A DNA stretch of 64,000 bases. Source: Candidatus Kapaibacterium sp. GTDB taxonomy: Bacteria > Bacteroidota > Ignavibacteria > Kapaibacteriales > UBA2268. Both the position numbers and the translations under genes were made by a program. This document shows positions 1 to 10,379 of the stretch, in pieces. Positions within the stretch are counted from its first letter, which is position 1. Every line of letters starts with the position of its first letter. Where the stretch lies: contig OY762428.1 in the NCBI GenBank assembly GCA_963665665.1, positions 4,160,001-4,224,000 of the forward strand, given 5' to 3'. Under the pieces are notes generated by a model that saw nothing but the letters and a program-made list of their open reading frames with translations, ran no database searches and was not told the origin of the DNA.

Positions 1-1
1 T

Positions 2-64
2 CAAAAAGTGATATTTGATGATAATGGGATGGATTTTATTCAACAACTAAGATATGCATTGTGA
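2..64 (+). CDS. possible 3' end of a gene entering from the left edge (...QKVIFDDNGMDFIQQLRYAL*)
   Basis: Open frame from base 2 to TGA at 62-64, followed by a hairpin at 120-155; too short to identify. Confidence 0.35.
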   Translation, partial: QKVIFDDNGMDFIQQLRYAL

Positions 65-113
65 ATGTGTCGAAAATAAATCAATAATCCGTTATTTTAT
101 TTGTTGAGATAAC

Positions 114-155
114 AAAAAATCCCGATTGAAAACAGAGTTTTTGAATCAATCGGGA
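114..155 (-). terminator. intrinsic terminator-like hairpin after the epimerase gene
   Basis: TCCCGATTGA...TCAATCGGGA inverted repeat with an A-tract at 114-119 (U-tract on the minus strand). Confidence 0.6.
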
Positions 156-179
156 GAAAAATATAAAATATGTTAAATC

Positions 180-1118
180 TTATTGGCCTGCCAATTTTTC
201 CCTGATACCTTTGAAATAATCGGCTGTTATTTTCAATCCATCGGCAAAATCAACATCAGGAGACCAATTGAATTCATTCTTCAGCCTGGCATAAGAAATA
301 ACCGACCTGCGTTGTTCACCGTCCTTTGCAGGCCCATGAATTTCTTTGCATCCCGAACCTAAAGATTCATTCAGAATGTTAAATATGAAGTTTACGTCAG
401 TTTCAATTGCAGTACCAACATTATATGGGCCGGAAGCGTTTTTGTTAAGAGCCGCAACATTAGCTTTTACCACGTCGCCAACGAAAACATAGTCCCTGGT
501 ATTTTTGCCATCCCCGTTTATCACGGGCTGTTCGCCGTCAAGCATTTTGTTGGCGAATATGGCTACAACTCCGGCTTCACCTCTATGGTTCTGCCGAGGC
601 CCATAAACATTTCCGTACCTTAGAGCAACAAATTTTATTCCGTAAACATACTGATAGTAGTAAAGATATTTTTCATTTACAAGCTTGGCAATGCCATAAG
701 GCGAGCACGGGTTTGTCGGATGATTTTCATCAGCAGGAAAATATTCCTGATCTCCGTAAATTGCTCCTCCGGATGATGCAACGATGATTTTCTTTACTCC
801 GTGTTTCTTAGCAGCTTCATACAGGTTCAGGCTGCCAAGAACATTGGTTTCCGCATCCAGCCTTGGGTCGTCAACCGATATTCTTACATCAATCTGAGCT
901 GCCTGGTGATTAATAATATCAAACTTTTCTTCCTTAAAAATTTGGTCTATTGAAATATCATTAATGTCTTTTTGAATAAATTTTGCTTTCGGGTTTAGAT
1001 TTTCAAGCCTGCCTGTTGACAGATTGTCAATAATCACAACATCATGGCCGGCTTTAATATAAGCGTCGGTAATATGAGAACCGATAAATCCTGCTCCGCC
1101 TGTAACTAAAATTTTCAT
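180..1118 (-). CDS. galE: NAD-dependent epimerase/dehydratase, UDP-glucose 4-epimerase-like (extended SDR)
   Basis: Starts MKILVTGGAGFIGS (Rossmann GxxGxxG); YxxxK motif (PYGIAK), LRYGNVYGPRQ, RDYVFVGDV. Start moved to ATG at 1118. Confidence 0.85.
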   Translation of the reverse strand: MKILVTGGAGFIGSHITDAYIKAGHDVVIIDNLSTGRLENLNPKAKFIQKDINDISIDQIFKEEKFDIINHQAAQIDVRISVDDPRLDAETNVLGSLNLYEAAKKHGVKKIIVASSGGAIYGDQEYFPADENHPTNPCSPYGIAKLVNEKYLYYYQYVYGIKFVALRYGNVYGPRQNHRGEAGVVAIFANKMLDGEQPVINGDGKNTRDYVFVGDVVKANVAALNKNASGPYNVGTAIETDVNFIFNILNESLGSGCKEIHGPAKDGEQRRSVISYARLKNEFNWSPDVDFADGLKITADYFKGIREKLAGQ

Positions 1119-1290
1119 AAAACACCGATAATTAAAAATAATCATTAAAAAAGTTAACAAAATTATGAAACTTTAGGATACAAAACATATTGTAAAAGAG
1201 TTTTTTTCTTATTTGAAGATTTCTTTTTTTTATTGTAGAAAATTTTACTTATTTACATATTCGTATGTAGTATATATTTAAACAAATAAA

Positions 1291-4041
1291 ATGATAATAA
1301 AACGATTACTCTACCCTTTATTTATATTGATTTATATTACTGCATTCGGACAGGAAAAATCTGAATGGGAAACAATGATAAATTCTGCGAGAGAAAAGGC
1401 TTATAATTCTCAATTCGACACCGCCCTGGAAGAAGCTTTAGAGTCCGAGGCACTTGCTTTGAAGGAATTTGGTGAAAGCAGCCAATACATGGCTTCAAGC
1501 CTGCAGCTTACAGGGGAAATATACTATATGAAAGCAGATTTTAAAAATGCAATTAAATATTTCGATAAAGCTCTTGAAACCTATTCCCGGTCGATAGGAG
1601 AAAATAATGATCATTATTGTGCTGTGCTAAACAATCTTAGTGCCTGCCTTGAGAAAACCGGAAAATATCCCGAAGCGGAACGAAGGCTTGTCCGGGCAAT
1701 TGAAATAAAAAAGTCAATGCCTGCTACCGACAGTTTATCACTGGCAAAATCGCTTAATAACCTTGGCAGGATTTACCAGGAACTTGGCAAATACTCGGAG
1801 TCGGAAAATGCGTATCTTAATTCGGTTAAAATAAAAAATAAAGCAGGAAAAAACGATGATATTTCCTATGCCAGAACTTTACTCAATATAGGGTCTCTTT
1901 ACATAGAGCTGGGAAATTATAAAAATAGCGCGGAATACCTTGAAGGAGCATTTGATATATTCGAAAAGAATCAAAAAACATTTCCCGGGGAATATTTGAA
2001 TACAATTGTAAATCTTTCAATTGCATATAATGCTCTGGATAACAATGAAAAATCTCATATTTTTATTGAAAAGGCTAAGCAAATCGCAAAAAATCCGGAA
2101 AACATAAATTTCAAGGATCTTGCTGATGCATACTATAACCTGGCGATGATAGAATGGGAAGAGGGAAACGTTGCAAAAGCCGAGGAAAATTTTATGAAGG
2201 CATCCGGGATAATTGAGAATAGATTCGGTAACGGGCATCCCAAATATTCTTCCTGCCTGAATTCCCTGGGAATAATCCGCTGGCATAAGGGCGATTTGAA
2301 TGGTGCTTCGGAATTTCTGCAAAATGCTTTGTTCCTTCGTGGTAAAGTGCTTGGTAAAGATCATCCTGATTATGCTGTTAGCCTGAATAATCTGGCAGGG
2401 CTTATGAAAGATATGAATAAGCCTTCTGAAGCAGAAAAATATTATATCGAAGCGTTTGACAGCTATCTGAATCTTATTGATAGGACTTTTACATTTCTAA
2501 GCGAAAACGAAAGAACTGAGTTTTATGACGAATTGATGGACCGGTTTGAAATGTTTACTTATTTCGTCATTGAACGGCATAAAGAGAACCCTGCGCTTCT
2601 TTCAAAATTATTTGAATACAGGATGGCGACCAAAGCCATCATTATGAGCAGTGCCAGGGATTTGAGGAAGTTGATGTCTGAATCGGAAGACGAGAATACA
2701 ATTTCAAGTTTCGACAATTGGAAAGATATCAGGGAGAACCTGGTTAATATATACTCGATGAGTGCTTCGGAGATCAGTGCAAAAAATATTAATACTGACT
2801 CACTGGAAAAAGCTGCTGAAAAATTAGAGAAGAGCCTGGTAAGAGCCAATACAGAATTTAAAAAATATATCAGCGTTGATAGAAATTCCTGGCAGGATGT
2901 CAGGAATGTACTTGAAGATGATGAAGCGGCTGTTGAAATTATCAGATACCGCCTGTTCGACCGGAGATGGACAGATACAATATTTTATGCTGCTTTAGTA
3001 GTAACCAAGGAGACAAAAGAGCATCCGGAAATAGTTTTGCTTAAAGATGGTTATAAACTCGAAAATAAATTTATAAAAAATTATAAGAATTTTATTCGCC
3101 ACAGAATTGATGATTATGATTCGTACAGGCATTTTTACGAAAAAATTGATGCTAAAACCGGGAATAAAAATAAAATATATTTAAGTGCTGACGGGATTTA
3201 CCATTCGATAAATATAAATACCCTTATTGATAATAACGGGGAATATATTATTGGCAGACAATTCGTTGTGGTTGTAACTAATCTGAATGAGTTGCTATGC
3301 AAGTCAGGCAGCAGAAAACCCCGGAAAGCAGCCTTATACGGTTTCCCTGATTTTGAGTATAAAGCCGGTATTTCCAATGAAGAAAGGCCGCCGGTGAAAA
3401 TACCTGAGATTTCAGGTACCCGGGATGAAGTATTAATTCTGGATACCCTTTTCAGGAAGATGAACATCGATACAGATATTAAGATCAACAGGGATGCTTC
3501 CGAAATGAATTTCAAGCATGTTGGGGCTTATGATATTATTCATTTGGCATCGCATGGTTATTTCCTGCCGGAAAACGAAATGAAAAACCGAAAGAAAGCT
3601 TTTGGTATAAATGTTAAAAAAGCTGCTGTAAATCCATTATTACGTTCCGGAATATTGCTTTCTGGGGCAGCCTGGGCTTTTGGCGAAATGAACGGGGGAA
3701 GCGATAACGGAATACTAACATCATTCGAAGCAATAAATATTAATCTGGAAAGTGCTTCGCTTGTTGTTCTGAGTGCATGCGAAACCGGCCTTGGTAAAGT
3801 GAAAAACGGCGAGGGAGTTTATGGACTGCAAAGAGCCTTTATTGTTGCGGGTGCTGATAACCTGATTATGTCTTTATGGAAAATTGACGACAAAATCACA
3901 ACACATCTGATGGAAAAACTTTATCTGAATATTGTTTCCGGGCAAAATTACAGCGAGGCTCTTAGAAATGCTCAGTTAGCAATTAAATCAGAGTACAGGC
4001 ATCCTTATTTTTGGGGTGCTTTTGTTATTATTGGAAAATAA
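1291..4041 (+). CDS. TPR-repeat protein with C-terminal CHAT (caspase-like) protease domain and N-terminal signal peptide
   Basis: Kinesin-light-chain-type TPRs (SLNNLG.IY, HPDYAVSLNNLA); CHAT catalytic motifs HLASHG and VVLSACETGLG; ends HPYFWGAFVIIG. Confidence 0.9.
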   Translation: MIIKRLLYPLFILIYITAFGQEKSEWETMINSAREKAYNSQFDTALEEALESEALALKEFGESSQYMASSLQLTGEIYYMKADFKNAIKYFDKALETYSRSIGENNDHYCAVLNNLSACLEKTGKYPEAERRLVRAIEIKKSMPATDSLSLAKSLNNLGRIYQELGKYSESENAYLNSVKIKNKAGKNDDISYARTLLNIGSLYIELGNYKNSAEYLEGAFDIFEKNQKTFPGEYLNTIVNLSIAYNALDNNEKSHIFIEKAKQIAKNPENINFKDLADAYYNLAMIEWEEGNVAKAEENFMKASGIIENRFGNGHPKYSSCLNSLGIIRWHKGDLNGASEFLQNALFLRGKVLGKDHPDYAVSLNNLAGLMKDMNKPSEAEKYYIEAFDSYLNLIDRTFTFLSENERTEFYDELMDRFEMFTYFVIERHKENPALLSKLFEYRMATKAIIMSSARDLRKLMSESEDENTISSFDNWKDIRENLVNIYSMSASEISAKNINTDSLEKAAEKLEKSLVRANTEFKKYISVDRNSWQDVRNVLEDDEAAVEIIRYRLFDRRWTDTIFYAALVVTKETKEHPEIVLLKDGYKLENKFIKNYKNFIRHRIDDYDSYRHFYEKIDAKTGNKNKIYLSADGIYHSININTLIDNNGEYIIGRQFVVVVTNLNELLCKSGSRKPRKAALYGFPDFEYKAGISNEERPPVKIPEISGTRDEVLILDTLFRKMNIDTDIKINRDASEMNFKHVGAYDIIHLASHGYFLPENEMKNRKKAFGINVKKAAVNPLLRSGILLSGAAWAFGEMNGGSDNGILTSFEAININLESASLVVLSACETGLGKVKNGEGVYGLQRAFIVAGADNLIMSLWKIDDKITTHLMEKLYLNIVSGQNYSEALRNAQLAIKSEYRHPYFWGAFVIIGK

Positions 4042-4066
4042 TGTTATTCTTACAAGTTAGTATATT

Positions 4067-5488
4067 ATGACTTTTATTAGAAAATTTAAAAAAAATTACT
4101 TTTCTATTCCTGATAATCTGAAATATGAATTCTTCAGGGAAATAACAGAACAGAATGTCAGGTTGTTCAGATATATTCTCGGTATTTTTATTGTCTGGCT
4201 GTCAGTACTAATCGTTATTGATATTCGTGGAGTGTTAAATATAGGTTCGATAGAATCTGAAAATTACTTATATCCTGACATAATAATGCTGATAATTGCA
4301 GTTTTTTCATTTTTTTTATTTCTCCCCCGGAAAAATACGAGAACCATCTCTTTGCGGACAAAAGACCTGCTTATGAATATAATAATATTCACACTAACTA
4401 TCTGGAGTGCTTACGTTAATTATATCGAGGAATTGACTTCTGAATTTGCATATACCCTTATCCTGACATATTTATTGATTATTATGCTGCATATCGGATC
4501 AATATACAAATACCTGTTGTTTACAATTCCTTCTGTTATTTTATACTTAATCTTACATTTCAGTAAGATCGATTTTACAACATTATCACTTGAAATGAAG
4601 TTACCGGTTGTTTCTGTTGTTGTTTTCGGCTTGCCTTTGTATTGGTTTATTTATTCAACAAGGATCAGGAACTTTCTATTCAGGAAGAAGATCTTTGAAG
4701 CATACAGAAAATTGAGAAAGGAAAATTCTAAAAGAATAAAAATTGAAGGCCAGCTTAGAAATTCCAAGATTGAATTACAGGAACAGCTTGAAAAAGAAAA
4801 AGAACTGAACAGTTTGAAAATTGATTTTATAAATATGATTTCTCACCAATACAGAACTCCGTTGACAATAATATTGAGTTCATCCTACCTGATAGATCTG
4901 AGAACAAAGGAATTAAATGATCCGAAAATTGACAGGCATGTGATGAAAATTCAGTCATCAGCCAACCAGATGATAAAGCTTCTTGAAAATGTTATTACTA
5001 TTGGAAAGAACGACTCCGGAAGATCAGAAGAGCATATTACCAACTTTGATCTGATTCAATATGTTAAGAAAATATTCCGGGTTGTTAACGAGGATTATAA
5101 AAATGATCACAAGTTGAAAATTATTACAAGCCATGACGAAGTATATTTAAGAACCAAGTCCTGGCATTTGAACAATATATTATCAAATTTAATTTCTAAT
5201 GCAATTAAATTTTCTCCTGATAATCATCAAACAGATGTTATAATTGATGACAGGGATAAATATATAAACCTGACAGTAAAAGACTATGGTATCGGAATAC
5301 CTGAAGGCCTTTGCCGTAATGGTATGTTTACAGGTTTTATTCGTGGAGAAAACGTCGGTACTATTCCGGGTTTTGGCCTTGGTATGAATATCGTTAAGCA
5401 ATCAGCTGAAAAAATTGATGCAATAATTGACGTAAAAAGCGAAATAAATCAGGGTACTGAAATAAAACTCTCAATTCCTCAACAATAA
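4067..5488 (+). CDS. membrane-bound sensor histidine kinase (HisKA + HATPase)
   Basis: Several N-terminal TM helices; H-box ISHQYRTPL, N-box NLISNAIKFS, G1 DYGIGI, G2 GFGLGM. Confidence 0.88.
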   Translation: MTFIRKFKKNYFSIPDNLKYEFFREITEQNVRLFRYILGIFIVWLSVLIVIDIRGVLNIGSIESENYLYPDIIMLIIAVFSFFLFLPRKNTRTISLRTKDLLMNIIIFTLTIWSAYVNYIEELTSEFAYTLILTYLLIIMLHIGSIYKYLLFTIPSVILYLILHFSKIDFTTLSLEMKLPVVSVVVFGLPLYWFIYSTRIRNFLFRKKIFEAYRKLRKENSKRIKIEGQLRNSKIELQEQLEKEKELNSLKIDFINMISHQYRTPLTIILSSSYLIDLRTKELNDPKIDRHVMKIQSSANQMIKLLENVITIGKNDSGRSEEHITNFDLIQYVKKIFRVVNEDYKNDHKLKIITSHDEVYLRTKSWHLNNILSNLISNAIKFSPDNHQTDVIIDDRDKYINLTVKDYGIGIPEGLCRNGMFTGFIRGENVGTIPGFGLGMNIVKQSAEKIDAIIDVKSEINQGTEIKLSIPQQ

Positions 5489-5662
5489 ATAATATTCAAT
5501 TTCGTATCTATATAATTTTTTGTAAAATATTTTTAAATCCTTATCGTCTATTTGCTTAGGTGTGAATTTAAGTTTTTCGGTTCAAATCGGGATTTTGAAA
5601 TTTCAGAAAAATCTTTTATTATAGAAACTTTTGATACTTAAAAATATAAGAAACTAATTATT

Positions 5663-6445
5663 ATGCACTTCACTATTCAGATTTCACAAAGGTTAAATAA
5701 GCTAATCAGGTCTTTACATCAAAAGAAATTCCGCGATCAGAATTCGTTGTTTATTGCCGAGGGAGAAAGGCTTTGCCGGGAATTAATCGGGAGCAGGTAT
5801 GTTCCGGAATTAGCAGTTATAAGGGATTATCCATCACCGGAAATTATTGAGCTTGCTGAAAAATTTTCAGATGAAGGACTTCCGGTATATACTGCAAATA
5901 AAACTCATTTCGATCAGATGGCAGGAACAAAGTCGCCTCAGGGCATCCTAACCGTTATCAACATGGAAGACGATACAATTGATACGTCCAGACCATTTAT
6001 TGCTTTGGATGCAGTTGCCGATCCGGGAAATATTGGAACAATAATCCGTACAGCAGAGTGGTTTGGAATCGACCAGATAATTCTGGGCCGGGACTGCGCC
6101 GATAAATATAATTCCAAGACCGTCAGGGCTTCAATGGGTGCCATTTTTAAAAGTTCAATCGTACATGAACCGGATCTGAAAACATTTATCAGCGAAAACT
6201 ACAAGGATTTTGAGATATTCGGGGCTTCTCTTGATACCGACAAGATGCTTACAGGTTTAGGGCATGATCAGAAATTTGGTATTATTTTCGGTAACGAAGC
6301 AAATGGTATTTCTCCGGAGCTTGAAGAAGTAATAAACACTATGTTCAGAATAGAGGGCAACACTGAATCAGAATCTCTGAATGTTTCTGTTGCAGTTGGG
6401 ATTTCTTTGTATCATTTTGCATCGAATGGTAACGGTGCTAAATAA
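5663..6445 (+). CDS. TrmH/SpoU family RNA methyltransferase
   Basis: FIAEGER, DPGNIGTIIRTA, FGNEANGIS, ESLNVSVA SPOUT motifs. Confidence 0.92.
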   Translation: MHFTIQISQRLNKLIRSLHQKKFRDQNSLFIAEGERLCRELIGSRYVPELAVIRDYPSPEIIELAEKFSDEGLPVYTANKTHFDQMAGTKSPQGILTVINMEDDTIDTSRPFIALDAVADPGNIGTIIRTAEWFGIDQIILGRDCADKYNSKTVRASMGAIFKSSIVHEPDLKTFISENYKDFEIFGASLDTDKMLTGLGHDQKFGIIFGNEANGISPELEEVINTMFRIEGNTESESLNVSVAVGISLYHFASNGNGAK

Positions 6446-6532
6446 AATGAACTAAAAAATTTAATTATTGATAGAAATTACTAATTGGTTATATTGTACT
6501 TTGGTTTGTTGTTATAGTTAGGTCAATGTTTT

Positions 6533-7219
6533 ATGGATCCTTATTTTAAACTAATTTTGGTTACTTTTTTAAGTTATTTGCTTGGATCTTTCCCTACTGC
6601 TATTGTTGTGAGTAAGAAGTTCTTTGGTTTTGACATAAGGGAAAAAGGAAGTGGAAACATGGGAAGTACAAATGCTTTTCGTGTTCTTGGTATGAAGTGG
6701 GGCATAATTGTCCAGGTAGCTGATCTTCTTAAAGGAATCCTTGCAGTTGTAGTTATTGCATCTTTGCTCGGAGAAGGAATTACTTTCCCCGGGATAACAA
6801 TGTTCGAGGATATGACAGTTGTACGCCTTCTTGCCGGAGTCAGTGCGGTTATGGGGCATATTTACTCGATATTTGTTGGTTTCAAGGGCGGAAAAGGGAT
6901 TAATACCGCGGCAGGAATGCTTATTGGTATTGCTCCTGTTGACGTTGGAATTGCTTTGTTCTTCTTTATATTGGCGGTGATTTTTTCCGGTTATATTTCT
7001 CTTGGCTCAATAACTGCTGCCGTTGCTTTTCCAAGTTCAATTTTCTTCCGCTATAATATTCTTCATGACAACATTGAAGGATATTTTACATTGATTTATT
7101 TCGCTCTCGGCCTGATGGCTATTCTTATATATCAGCACAGGCATAATGTTCTCAGGCTGCTGAAAGGAACGGAAAACAGGTTTAGCAAACTGCACCTTGT
7201 GCGGTTGAAGAAAAAATGA
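6533..7219 (+). CDS. plsY: glycerol-3-phosphate acyltransferase PlsY
   Basis: YLLGSFP, DIREKGSGNMGSTNAFR, GH..SIF..FKGGKG, HRHNV.RL motifs; multi-TM. Confidence 0.95.
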   Translation: MDPYFKLILVTFLSYLLGSFPTAIVVSKKFFGFDIREKGSGNMGSTNAFRVLGMKWGIIVQVADLLKGILAVVVIASLLGEGITFPGITMFEDMTVVRLLAGVSAVMGHIYSIFVGFKGGKGINTAAGMLIGIAPVDVGIALFFFILAVIFSGYISLGSITAAVAFPSSIFFRYNILHDNIEGYFTLIYFALGLMAILIYQHRHNVLRLLKGTENRFSKLHLVRLKKK

Positions 7220-7270
7220 CGTTTTTTAGTTAAGTCCTTTTTTTAAGGGACTTTTTAGCAATAAAAAATT

Positions 7271-7309
7271 AAAAAAACCTTCCGTGATTGAAATCTGCGG
7301 AAGGTTTTT
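7271..7309. terminator. bidirectional intrinsic terminator between convergent plsY and pyrG
   Basis: AAAAAAACCTTCCG...CGGAAGGTTTTT stem with A and T tracts on both sides. Confidence 0.75.
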
Positions 7310-7328
7310 ATTTAATTATCGGCTTTTT

Positions 7329-8993
7329 CTATTTGGTTTTCTCTTTGGATTTTTTTCTGTCCAGAACTGCTTTGATAAAGTCAATAAACAGAGGATGGCC
7401 GGTAACGGCTCTGGATTTTAGTTCAGGATGGAATTGCGTGCCAAGAAACCACGGATGATCTGCAAGCTCTGCAATTTCAACAAGTGAGCCGTCCGGAGAT
7501 GTTCCGCTGAAAACCATACCTTTTTCTTCCAGAACCGGACGGAATTTGTTGTTTACTTCGTACCGGTGGCGATGCCTTTCTGATATATCATTTTCTTTAT
7601 AAGCAGCTATAGCTTTTGTGCCATCTGCCAGTTTACAGGGATAGGCACCGAGCCTCATCGTACCGCCCTTGTCTTTTACATTTTTCTGTTCTTCCATCAG
7701 GTCGATAACATTGTTATCTGTTTCTTCGAATTCAGCCGAGTGAGCTCCGTCCAAACCGCATACATGACGCGAGAATTCAATGATAGCACACTGAAGCCCA
7801 AGGCAGATTCCGAAGAAAGGCATGTTGTTTTCACGGACGTATTTAATTGCCTTTATTTTGCCTTCAATGCCCCTGGGGCCAAAGCCCGGACCAACAAGAA
7901 TTCCGTCAACATCCGAAAGCATTTCTTCAACATTTTCAGCAGTGATTTGCTCGGAATCAATCATGATAACATTCACTTTGGCATTATTAACTGATCCTGC
8001 ATGGGAAAACGCTTCAAGAATAGATTTATATGAATCCCTGTATTGTGTATATTTACCAACAAGGCCTACATTAACTTCTTTTCGGGGATTTTTTATTCTG
8101 TTTACAAATTTTGTCCAGGTTTTTAGGTCTCTTTCACCTGCTTCCATACCAAGTTTATTAAGAATGATCTCGTCCAGGTTGCTTTTGGCATACATTAACG
8201 GTACTTCGTAGATAGTGTTTTCCACATCTAAGCCCGCAATAACAGATTCAAGGTCAACATTGCAGAAAAGTGCAATTTTCTGCCTAAGATCCTTACTGAG
8301 CTTATGCTCTGACCGGCAAAGAAGTATATCGGGCCTGATTCCGTATTCCATTAGAAGCTTTACCGAGTGCTGCGTAGGTTTGGTTTTTAATTCACCGGCA
8401 CCCTGAATGAACGGAACATAGGTCAGGTGAACGCTAAGGGAATTCTGATGCCCTAATTCGATTGAAAGCTGCCTTTGAGCCTCGAAAAATGGCAAGGACT
8501 CAATATCTCCGACAGTTCCGCCAATTTCAACTAAAATAAAATCATATTTTCCGTCATAAACTGTCAGGCGTTTTTTCAGCTCATCAGTAATATGCGGGAT
8601 TACCTGTACTGTTTTACCAAGATAATGGCCGCGTCTTTCTTTCGAGATAACTTCAAAGTAAACCTGCCCGGCTGTGGCATTGTTATCTTTGGACAGCGAC
8701 TGTGCAATAAACCTTTCGTAATGTCCAAGGTCAAGGTCTGTTTCCGAGCCGTCATCAGTTACATATACTTCCCCGTGCTGGAAGGGGTTCATTGTGCCCG
8801 GATCAACATTTATATAGGGGTCGAATTTCATTATTGTTACCGAGTAGCCCCTTTGTTTTAACAAAAGGCCGATCGATGCCGAAGCAATTCCCTTGCCGAG
8901 AGAGGACAACACCCCGCCGGTAATGAATAGATACTTTGATTTTCCTGAAAAAGTCGGTTTTTTTGGCATATACTCGCTCATTTGATGAATCAT
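7329..8993 (-). CDS. pyrG: CTP synthase (start may be at 8981 or 8969)
   Basis: [54 protein letters not shown]. Confidence 0.98.
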   Translation of the reverse strand: MIHQMSEYMPKKPTFSGKSKYLFITGGVLSSLGKGIASASIGLLLKQRGYSVTIMKFDPYINVDPGTMNPFQHGEVYVTDDGSETDLDLGHYERFIAQSLSKDNNATAGQVYFEVISKERRGHYLGKTVQVIPHITDELKKRLTVYDGKYDFILVEIGGTVGDIESLPFFEAQRQLSIELGHQNSLSVHLTYVPFIQGAGELKTKPTQHSVKLLMEYGIRPDILLCRSEHKLSKDLRQKIALFCNVDLESVIAGLDVENTIYEVPLMYAKSNLDEIILNKLGMEAGERDLKTWTKFVNRIKNPRKEVNVGLVGKYTQYRDSYKSILEAFSHAGSVNNAKVNVIMIDSEQITAENVEEMLSDVDGILVGPGFGPRGIEGKIKAIKYVRENNMPFFGICLGLQCAIIEFSRHVCGLDGAHSAEFEETDNNVIDLMEEQKNVKDKGGTMRLGAYPCKLADGTKAIAAYKENDISERHRHRYEVNNKFRPVLEEKGMVFSGTSPDGSLVEIAELADHPWFLGTQFHPELKSRAVTGHPLFIDFIKAVLDRKKSKEKTK

Positions 8994-9070
8994 TATAGTT
9001 ATTATTTTTCCGTTTTTAGTATTCTCAAAATTTAATAAATTTTTTGAAAATTGTTCAAATGTAACGAGAA

Positions 9071-9078
9071 CAAATATA
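9071..9078 (-). promoter_or_regulatory. Bacteroidota-type sigma-A -7 element upstream of pyrG
   Basis: Minus strand reads TATATTTG (TAnnTTTG consensus); the same motif recurs upstream of several other genes in the window. Confidence 0.45.
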
Positions 9079-9195
9079 ATGAAAATTGAATGAAAGGAAT
9101 AAAAGAAATTGGAATCGTTGAAAAAATGTGTGATATTTATGTTAATATTATTGTTGAAAATTTATTAACAAATTTCTAATAAGCATTATTTGATT

Positions 9196-10293
9196 ATGAA
9201 AAAAATTATTAGTTTTTTTGCTATTGCAATTATTTTCTGCTCCTGCGGTTTATTTGAAGATAATAAAAAATTGATGGTTTTCGAGTCTGAAACCCCTTGT
9301 TTTCCGGCTCTGTTGCCTGATACGTTGCTGAACATTTTCAGGGAAAATTATAAAATTGATGTGATCTATGACAATAATTGGTTGCTTGCGGATTCTGCCG
9401 ATATACTTATTGTCGATTACTTACACTATTTAAGTCGTTTTAAATTGATTTCTGATACAATTCCTAATAAATACATGAAATTCGCACTGAACAGTTCGGG
9501 CGGGATAATTCCATTTGCTTACAAGGAATACAAAATTTATTCTAATATTGCAGGTACTAATGAAGAAAAACCGATGGCTTCAAAAAGAAATTCCGGGCAA
9601 AACACCTTGACGGCCTTTGGAATACAAGCAAAGAACAGAGAAAACTTTCTTCCAAATTTTTATGCAGTATTCAATTACCTTGGTGGCAATTTTAATATCG
9701 CAGGAAAGGGTGGAATCTATAATTCAAAAAATATTATTGCTCTTGAAAAATATGCTGACCTGGCAGCAATGGGATTGATTGAAACTGAAAATGCCTTAAC
9801 TCATGCTTTGAAAAAAAACCAAATCAAAAACCTTATCAGGTTCGAAGACCGTTGCCTGAGAAATATTTCCGGAATTGAAGAAAATAATTTTCCGGATAAT
9901 CGCCGGTTCGGGGTTTTTAAAGTTATACTTATCAATAAAAAATCAGTAAATAAAAGTGAAGCTGATGAGTTTTTAAATTTCATTTTAACTGATTCATTAT
10001 CGGGATTTTTCAATATAGGATTACCGGATTTGCATTATACATTTCCGCTTAGCCAAAAAAATGATTTGATCGCTGATATCAGAAACTGGAATAAGCTTCC
10101 TGGTTTTAAAGATCTAAAGCATACGGAGGATAAGCTGTTCAGTCTTATCCGTGATGTATTAATTGGCAGGGAATCAGCATCTCAGGCCTTGAAATATTTC
10201 GAAAAATATGTATTGAAAAACAAAACAACAAGGCCTGATATTAATGAAATCAAAAAAGAGATTATGAAAATCAGAAAAAGAAAAATTAACTGA
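9196..10293 (+). CDS. lipoprotein, weakly resembling ABC-type extracellular solute-binding proteins
   Basis: Lipobox-like FCSC; C-terminal segment (ILINKKSVNKSEADEFLNFI ... G.ESASQAL) recalls sugar-binding SBPs; no transporter genes adjacent. Confidence 0.5.
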   Translation: MKKIISFFAIAIIFCSCGLFEDNKKLMVFESETPCFPALLPDTLLNIFRENYKIDVIYDNNWLLADSADILIVDYLHYLSRFKLISDTIPNKYMKFALNSSGGIIPFAYKEYKIYSNIAGTNEEKPMASKRNSGQNTLTAFGIQAKNRENFLPNFYAVFNYLGGNFNIAGKGGIYNSKNIIALEKYADLAAMGLIETENALTHALKKNQIKNLIRFEDRCLRNISGIEENNFPDNRRFGVFKVILINKKSVNKSEADEFLNFILTDSLSGFFNIGLPDLHYTFPLSQKNDLIADIRNWNKLPGFKDLKHTEDKLFSLIRDVLIGRESASQALKYFEKYVLKNKTTRPDINEIKKEIMKIRKRKIN

Positions 10294-10379
10294 TTCAAAT
10301 TTTTACCGAACCTTCAATTTTCATAAATTTGGTTTTACAACGTCATTCAATATGAGTGACACAATAAAATGGAGAAAAA

